This document shows, piece by piece, positions 37,320 through 41,757 of a stretch of 41,757 bases of DNA. Source of the stretch: Bacillota bacterium (GTDB taxonomy: Bacteria; Bdellovibrionota; Bdellovibrionia; Bdellovibrionales; Bdellovibrionaceae); assembly GCA_050257115.1 (NCBI GenBank), contig JBLMWG010000004.1, positions 1-41,757 of the forward strand, given 5' to 3'. A program made the translations under genes and the position numbers. The notes under the pieces were generated by a model. That model worked only from the letters and a program-made list of their open reading frames with translations, did not search any database and was not told the origin of the DNA. Every line of letters begins with the position of its first letter. The first letter of the stretch is position 1.

Positions 37320-38573
37320 TTAAGTTTCTAAGGACTTTTCTGTCTGGTATTTTCTCATTCCCAACAGCATTAACAAGCCAGGAATTGCAATCAGAGCACA
37401 TACATAGAAGAAGTTTGCCCATCCCAAATGTTTTACCATTCCCCCCGTAAATCCAGAAAAGAATGTTCTTCCAAGAGTTGCAATGCTAGACAAAATTGCA
37501 TACTGAGTGGCTGTGTATTTCTTGTTGCTTAAGGCTGCCATGAAAGCAACGAATGCCGAAGTTGCCATACTCGTACTGATATCTTCAAAAACTACCACAA
37601 CGGCAAAAGGCAACAGTTGGGCGCCAGTGTAAGTTAAAATAGCAAACGAAGCCGTGGATATTGCTTGTAAGATTCCGAAAGTCCAAAGCGAGCGATAAAT
37701 GCCAAGATAGTAAATGACAACTCCACCAAGAAAGAAGCCGAGCATCGATGACATCAAGCCAAATGTTTTCGCAATTAAAGCGATGTCCGCATTAGAAAAT
37801 CCCGTTTCCACATAAAACGGATTCAACAAAGAAATTGCCAAAGCATCGCCCAGTTTAAAGAGCAACACGAAGAGCAGAATATAGGTCGCACCCGGTCGCT
37901 TTAAAAATTCCGCAAAAGGTTCAACGATCGCATCACGTAAAGTTCGCGGAGGCGGAGTATCCAGTCTTGGTTCCGGAGCCCAAAGAGTTGTCAGTAACCC
38001 TACCAACATAAATGCCGCCATCAAGTAATACAACTGACCCCAAGTCAGAGGCAGCACACTGGAGCCAACCAAGCCCATTCCCACACCGCCGGATATGAGC
38101 ATCGCGATACGATAACCATAGATATTTAACGAGGAGGCTAAGCCGAGTTCCTCATTAGATAAAAGTTCCCGACGATAGGCATCGATGGCAATATCTTGTG
38201 TCGCACTGAAGAAGGCGATGAAAAAGGCGATAACCGCCATCAGTCCAAGATTGTCGATGGGATTGAGTGTTCCGATAAATAGTAAAGCGGCCATCAGCGC
38301 AACTTGTGTTGCTACCATCCAACTGCGACGACGTCCAATTTTAAATAAAGTGAACCGATCCAATAGCGGAGACCATACAAACTTCAGTGAGTAAGCAATA
38401 CCAACCCAACTAAAATAACCGATAGTGCTGATGTCGATATGCTCTCGTGAAAGCCATGTTTTTAGAGTTCCTCCGGTCAGGGCCAGCGGTAAACCACTGG
38501 AAAAGCCCAAGAGGAGGATAATAAGCATATTTTTACTGAAGATTTCTTTAAGAATGTTTTTCTTAGGTGTCAT
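37320..38573 (-). CDS. ampG: AmpG-family muropeptide MFS permease
   Basis: LLGFSSGLPLAL, LKFVWSPLLDR, GRRRSWM, SATQDIAIDAYRRE, KKYTATQYAILSS. Confidence 0.93.
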   Translation of the reverse strand: MTPKKNILKEIFSKNMLIILLLGFSSGLPLALTGGTLKTWLSREHIDISTIGYFSWVGIAYSLKFVWSPLLDRFTLFKIGRRRSWMVATQVALMAALLFIGTLNPIDNLGLMAVIAFFIAFFSATQDIAIDAYRRELLSNEELGLASSLNIYGYRIAMLISGGVGMGLVGSSVLPLTWGQLYYLMAAFMLVGLLTTLWAPEPRLDTPPPRTLRDAIVEPFAEFLKRPGATYILLFVLLFKLGDALAISLLNPFYVETGFSNADIALIAKTFGLMSSMLGFFLGGVVIYYLGIYRSLWTFGILQAISTASFAILTYTGAQLLPFAVVVVFEDISTSMATSAFVAFMAALSNKKYTATQYAILSSIATLGRTFFSGFTGGMVKHLGWANFFYVCALIAIPGLLMLLGMRKYQTEKSLET

Positions 38574-38586
38574 TTCGTGCTGATTC

Positions 38587-40218
38587 CTAGCTGCGCAATT
38601 TTTTTCTCATCGTCCACAGAAGATGACTGATGTAGGGACGACGATTCTCTCCAGTCGTCACCATCAAGAGCTTTGTAATCTTAAGGTTCACGGCATCGGT
38701 GTAAAGCAAAATAAGCATTTCGTGGATGAAGTTGGTGTTCAAGGTGACGTGATTGTCCGTTCCCACTCCAAGTTGAACGCCCTTTTTCTCCCACCAAGAA
38801 AAGGGGTGCTCTTTATAGTCTTCAAACTTGCCGGTCAGTTTGTTGTTGGAAGATGGAAGCGAGACTAGCGTAACTCCTTTTTGAATCATGCGATTCAAAA
38901 CATCATGCTGATAGTGTTCCACCTCGCGAGCAGTGTGGAATTTAGCTTTTACAAAGTAAATATCCTCAGCTTCCGTGAGTTTTTGACCTCGCAGGAGCTT
39001 TTCCAAAACATTTTTATGGGAAGTCCAATCCAGCTCCGTGAGTTCGCGGTACAAGGGATCTTTGTCGGTAATTGCAATGCCAGCTTTGTTTTTTTTAAGC
39101 ACATCTTGATAGAGGCGTTGGAAGTATTTATTGGGATTAATCCCTAAGCTGATTCCATGCTCTAAGGTATCGATATGCCAGATGTTCATGGCATTGTCGA
39201 CAGCCTGAATACCTTTTTTCAAAGTATGCCAAGTTTCACCGTGATGGGAGCGAATCTTAAAGCCGCGATATTGCAGTTTTCTGAATCCAGCCTGCATTTC
39301 GTTAAAATGCTCTTTGCGATACAGTTCACGTTCATCACCCACAGTGTCGACATCAGAGAGATGTTTTGCCAGGAACGGATAGGTATCCAACATGCGGACC
39401 AATTCATCAACTTGCGCCATGAAATGATCTTTGCGGGTTTTAAAATTTTCAGCATCGAAATGATTGGCTTCTTTGCGGAATGAGGGAGACAAAATAAAAT
39501 TGAAATCCCCATGCTCATTCTGAAATTTTTTAAAACCATCATAGAGTCCTAAAACCACATCATCTGGTTTGACGTCGTCGATTCCGGGAATTTGCTCCGA
39601 GGAACTGGAAGTCGAACGGGATAATGAAAATTTCAGTCGGATGGACCCTACATTGAATTTATAATAAAGTTCATGGGCCATATGATAAGCGGCCTCGGCA
39701 TGTACTTCACGATTTAAAAAAATCAACTTCGGTAAGTATAAAATTTTAAGATAGCGAGAGAAGCCTTCATTTTCCTGAAGACGAATTAGCTTGTCGACAT
39801 CTTCTACGCTGCGGATTGGGAGGGCTTTGTCGCCATAAACTTCCGTGATTTTTTGCTGATAGATGTCTTTGTTTGGACCTTCTAAGAGCTTTTTCAGGCG
39901 GGGATAGATAAAATCAGCCGTGATCGCGCCAGTAAGATGAATGTGTTCTTCATGATATTTTAAAGGGAAATTTTTGAAGAACTCAAATAACGCCGCAGAG
40001 ACTGGATGCTTTAGTAAAGCACTAATGCTGATTTGATTGATCTGAAAGCTATTTAACAATCCTCGAAAATTTTCGGCTTGAGCATAGGCTTCAGGATGTT
40101 TTTCTTGAAGATCTGAAGACAGCAATAGGTCCAGGGTATCTGATAAAGAGATGCCATTGGTTTCGCTGATAATAGTTGTAAGAGCTGAAGTCAGCTGATT
40201 GTGAACGTCCTTATTCAC
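38587..40218 (-). CDS. Adenosine/AMP deaminase-like amidohydrolase (large, divergent)
   Basis: Metal-binding HEEHIHLTG, catalytic SHHGET, LEHGI, LPSSN and GVGTDN motifs; GTG start after GAGGAGGA. Confidence 0.8.
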   Translation of the reverse strand: MNKDVHNQLTSALTTIISETNGISLSDTLDLLLSSDLQEKHPEAYAQAENFRGLLNSFQINQISISALLKHPVSAALFEFFKNFPLKYHEEHIHLTGAITADFIYPRLKKLLEGPNKDIYQQKITEVYGDKALPIRSVEDVDKLIRLQENEGFSRYLKILYLPKLIFLNREVHAEAAYHMAHELYYKFNVGSIRLKFSLSRSTSSSSEQIPGIDDVKPDDVVLGLYDGFKKFQNEHGDFNFILSPSFRKEANHFDAENFKTRKDHFMAQVDELVRMLDTYPFLAKHLSDVDTVGDERELYRKEHFNEMQAGFRKLQYRGFKIRSHHGETWHTLKKGIQAVDNAMNIWHIDTLEHGISLGINPNKYFQRLYQDVLKKNKAGIAITDKDPLYRELTELDWTSHKNVLEKLLRGQKLTEAEDIYFVKAKFHTAREVEHYQHDVLNRMIQKGVTLVSLPSSNNKLTGKFEDYKEHPFSWWEKKGVQLGVGTDNHVTLNTNFIHEMLILLYTDAVNLKITKLLMVTTGENRRPYISHLLWTMRKKLRS

Positions 40219-40237
40219 AGATCCTCCTCTGGGAAGG

Positions 40238-40693
40238 TTATCTGGGAATCAAAGTCTTGTACATGACTTTATGGGGGCCAATGTCTTTCATTTCAAAGAG
40301 TGGACCATGGTAGTAGAAGGTTAATTTTTCGTAGAAGGGAAATGCACTTTGGCGAGCATTGAACCACAGCAGATCACAACCTTTTCCCTTTAGGAACTCG
40401 ACTCCATAGCTTAGAAGTGCTTTCCCATAACCTTGCCCGCTGTGGCTTTGATCTGTCGCCATGCCACGCAAGCGGTATGGATATTCCGCCGAAAATTCCG
40501 AGTGAGATTCTTGAATGAACGTTGCGATGGAAACGATTTCTCCCGCGACGAACAATCCGAAGTGAAATGTTGTAGAAAGATCATCGCCGGGATTCACACA
40601 CTCCTCTTCGCTCAAAAAGGGTTTAAGAACTTTCTTGCGAAGAGGAAGAGTCTGCTGCGTGGTGATTTTCTGGATGTCGTACTGCGCTGGCAT
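40238..40693 (-). CDS. GNAT family N-acetyltransferase
   Basis: YRLRGMATDQSHSGQGYGKALL acetyl-CoA motif, LLWFNARQSAFPFYEKL, GPHKVMYK. Start 40693 avoids overlap with the HNH gene. Confidence 0.9.
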   Translation of the reverse strand: MPAQYDIQKITTQQTLPLRKKVLKPFLSEEECVNPGDDLSTTFHFGLFVAGEIVSIATFIQESHSEFSAEYPYRLRGMATDQSHSGQGYGKALLSYGVEFLKGKGCDLLWFNARQSAFPFYEKLTFYYHGPLFEMKDIGPHKVMYKTLIPR

Positions 40694-40704
40694 TTCTTGT
40701 GAAG

Positions 40705-41238
40705 TTATCCTGTTTTTTGTAAAAGGTACGGAGCCCAATCCGGCGGAACATGGTCTGCGCTGATTTCGAGTTGTAAAGTTGGGAGCCAGTTTGGTGCACG
40801 AGGTTCACTCAGTAAAGGCATATTTGCGGTGCGCGGTGTGCGATTGGCCTTTTTTTGATTGCAGGCGCGGCAGGCGGAAACGACATTGGTCCAGTTTTTT
40901 GGTCCATTTTGTGAGGCGGGAACGACATGATCGAGAGTGAGTAATTTACTGGAGAGCTTGTGGCCACAATATTGGCAGGTATAGTTATCGCGGATATAAA
41001 CATTTTCTCGGCAGAACCGGACAGCGTGACTGCCCCGGGGTTTTACGTAAGTCTTCAGCCGTAAGACGCTTGGGAGCTGAAACCTTCGTTGGACTGATCG
41101 TGCGAAGGTCGAATGATACTCTAAGATCTCAACCTTATCCTGAAACCACAATAGCAAGGCCTTTTGCCAACTTACAACCTTCATAGGCTCGTAACTCGAG
41201 TTGAGCAGTAAGGACCTCATCGAGGCCATGTGCTGCAT
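40705..41238 (-). CDS. HNH endonuclease family protein
   Basis: LLLNSSYEP, PSVLRL, RDNYTCQYCG, LTLDHVVP, WTNVVSACRACNQKK. Confidence 0.92.
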   Translation of the reverse strand: MQHMASMRSLLLNSSYEPMKVVSWQKALLLWFQDKVEILEYHSTFARSVQRRFQLPSVLRLKTYVKPRGSHAVRFCRENVYIRDNYTCQYCGHKLSSKLLTLDHVVPASQNGPKNWTNVVSACRACNQKKANRTPRTANMPLLSEPRAPNWLPTLQLEISADHVPPDWAPYLLQKTG

Positions 41239-41393
41239 GTATCCCCCATTCTGGTGTGTTCCTGTTTTAATTATACAGAGGAACCAGAGACATTTTCAAG
41301 TACCTGCGCCAAATTGTGAGAATGAGGGGCCTTTTAGGTTGCCAAAAGGCTAGGAAGGATGGGATATCCCTGTCTCAAATAAGGAGACTCGTC

Positions 41394-41757
41394 ATGACAA
41401 GAGTTTTGGCATTCAATTATGTTCTTAAAGGCCCAGATGGCGCAGTTTTGGATAAATCTGAGACAAACCAACCATTGCCGTATCTTGAAGGTGCTGGACA
41501 AATCCTTCCTAAACTTGAAGAAGAAATCAAAGGCCTTAAAGAAGGCGAAAAGAAAGTTGTGAAGCTTTCTGCCGCTGATGCTTATGGCGAAGTTCGTGAC
41601 AACATGTACATGGACGTTCCCAAAGAAGAGCTTGCGCATCTTCCTCAGCTTGAAGTCGGGGCTCATCTTCGTTTAGAGTTAGGCGAAGGTGCTCACATCG
41701 TTCGCGTTAGCAAAATGACTGATACACACGTGACATTGGATGGAAATCATCCTTTAG
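41394..41757 (+). CDS. slyD: FKBP-type peptidyl-prolyl isomerase SlyD (runs off the window end; absent from the ORF track)
   Basis: MTRVLAFNYVLKGPDGAVLDKS...PLPYLEGAGQILPKLEEEI...AADAYGE...VTLDGNHPL; AAGGAG SD. Confidence 0.9.
   Translation, partial: MTRVLAFNYVLKGPDGAVLDKSETNQPLPYLEGAGQILPKLEEEIKGLKEGEKKVVKLSAADAYGEVRDNMYMDVPKEELAHLPQLEVGAHLRLELGEGAHIVRVSKMTDTHVTLDGNHPL

Noticed and set aside
38587-40218. RADAR RdrB assignment for the deaminase
   Set aside because: No adjacent RdrA AAA+ ATPase, and the neighbours look like housekeeping genes.
41334-41666. 110-aa minus-strand ORF
   Set aside because: Antisense to slyD, which has an SD and clear family motifs.

Overview
Bacterial chromosomal segment. 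Gene content and gene style suggest a Bdellovibrio-like (Bdellovibrionota) predator, but this is inference. From left to right it holds an alpha-2-macroglobulin/PBP1C pair, an Hpt-hybrid kinase-receiver-OsmC operon, an orphan PhnD-like lipoprotein, hmgA, a gluconate-2-dehydrogenase-like cluster with a diheme c4-type cytochrome, rsmG, tpx, three SF2 helicases and tRNA-Ser(GGA). The right end carries a type III PKS coupled to a His/Glu-rich membrane protein, an HNH-GNAT-adenosine deaminase-like-AmpG operon and the start of slyD. The most notable non-coding structure is downstream of tRNA-Ser: two back-to-back integrase-less islets (about 1.8 and 6.3 kb). Each is bounded by its own direct repeat (16 bp and 20 bp), and both start with the same 18-bp TTGGTTCTACGGTTCTAC motif. 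Also present are a 266-bp element with terminal inverted repeats and internal hairpins, several gene remnants, and a recurring -10-box/6-nt/ATG pattern suggesting leaderless mRNAs. No CRISPR array, rRNA, integrase or transposase was seen. All family assignments are from motif recognition by eye, not database searches.
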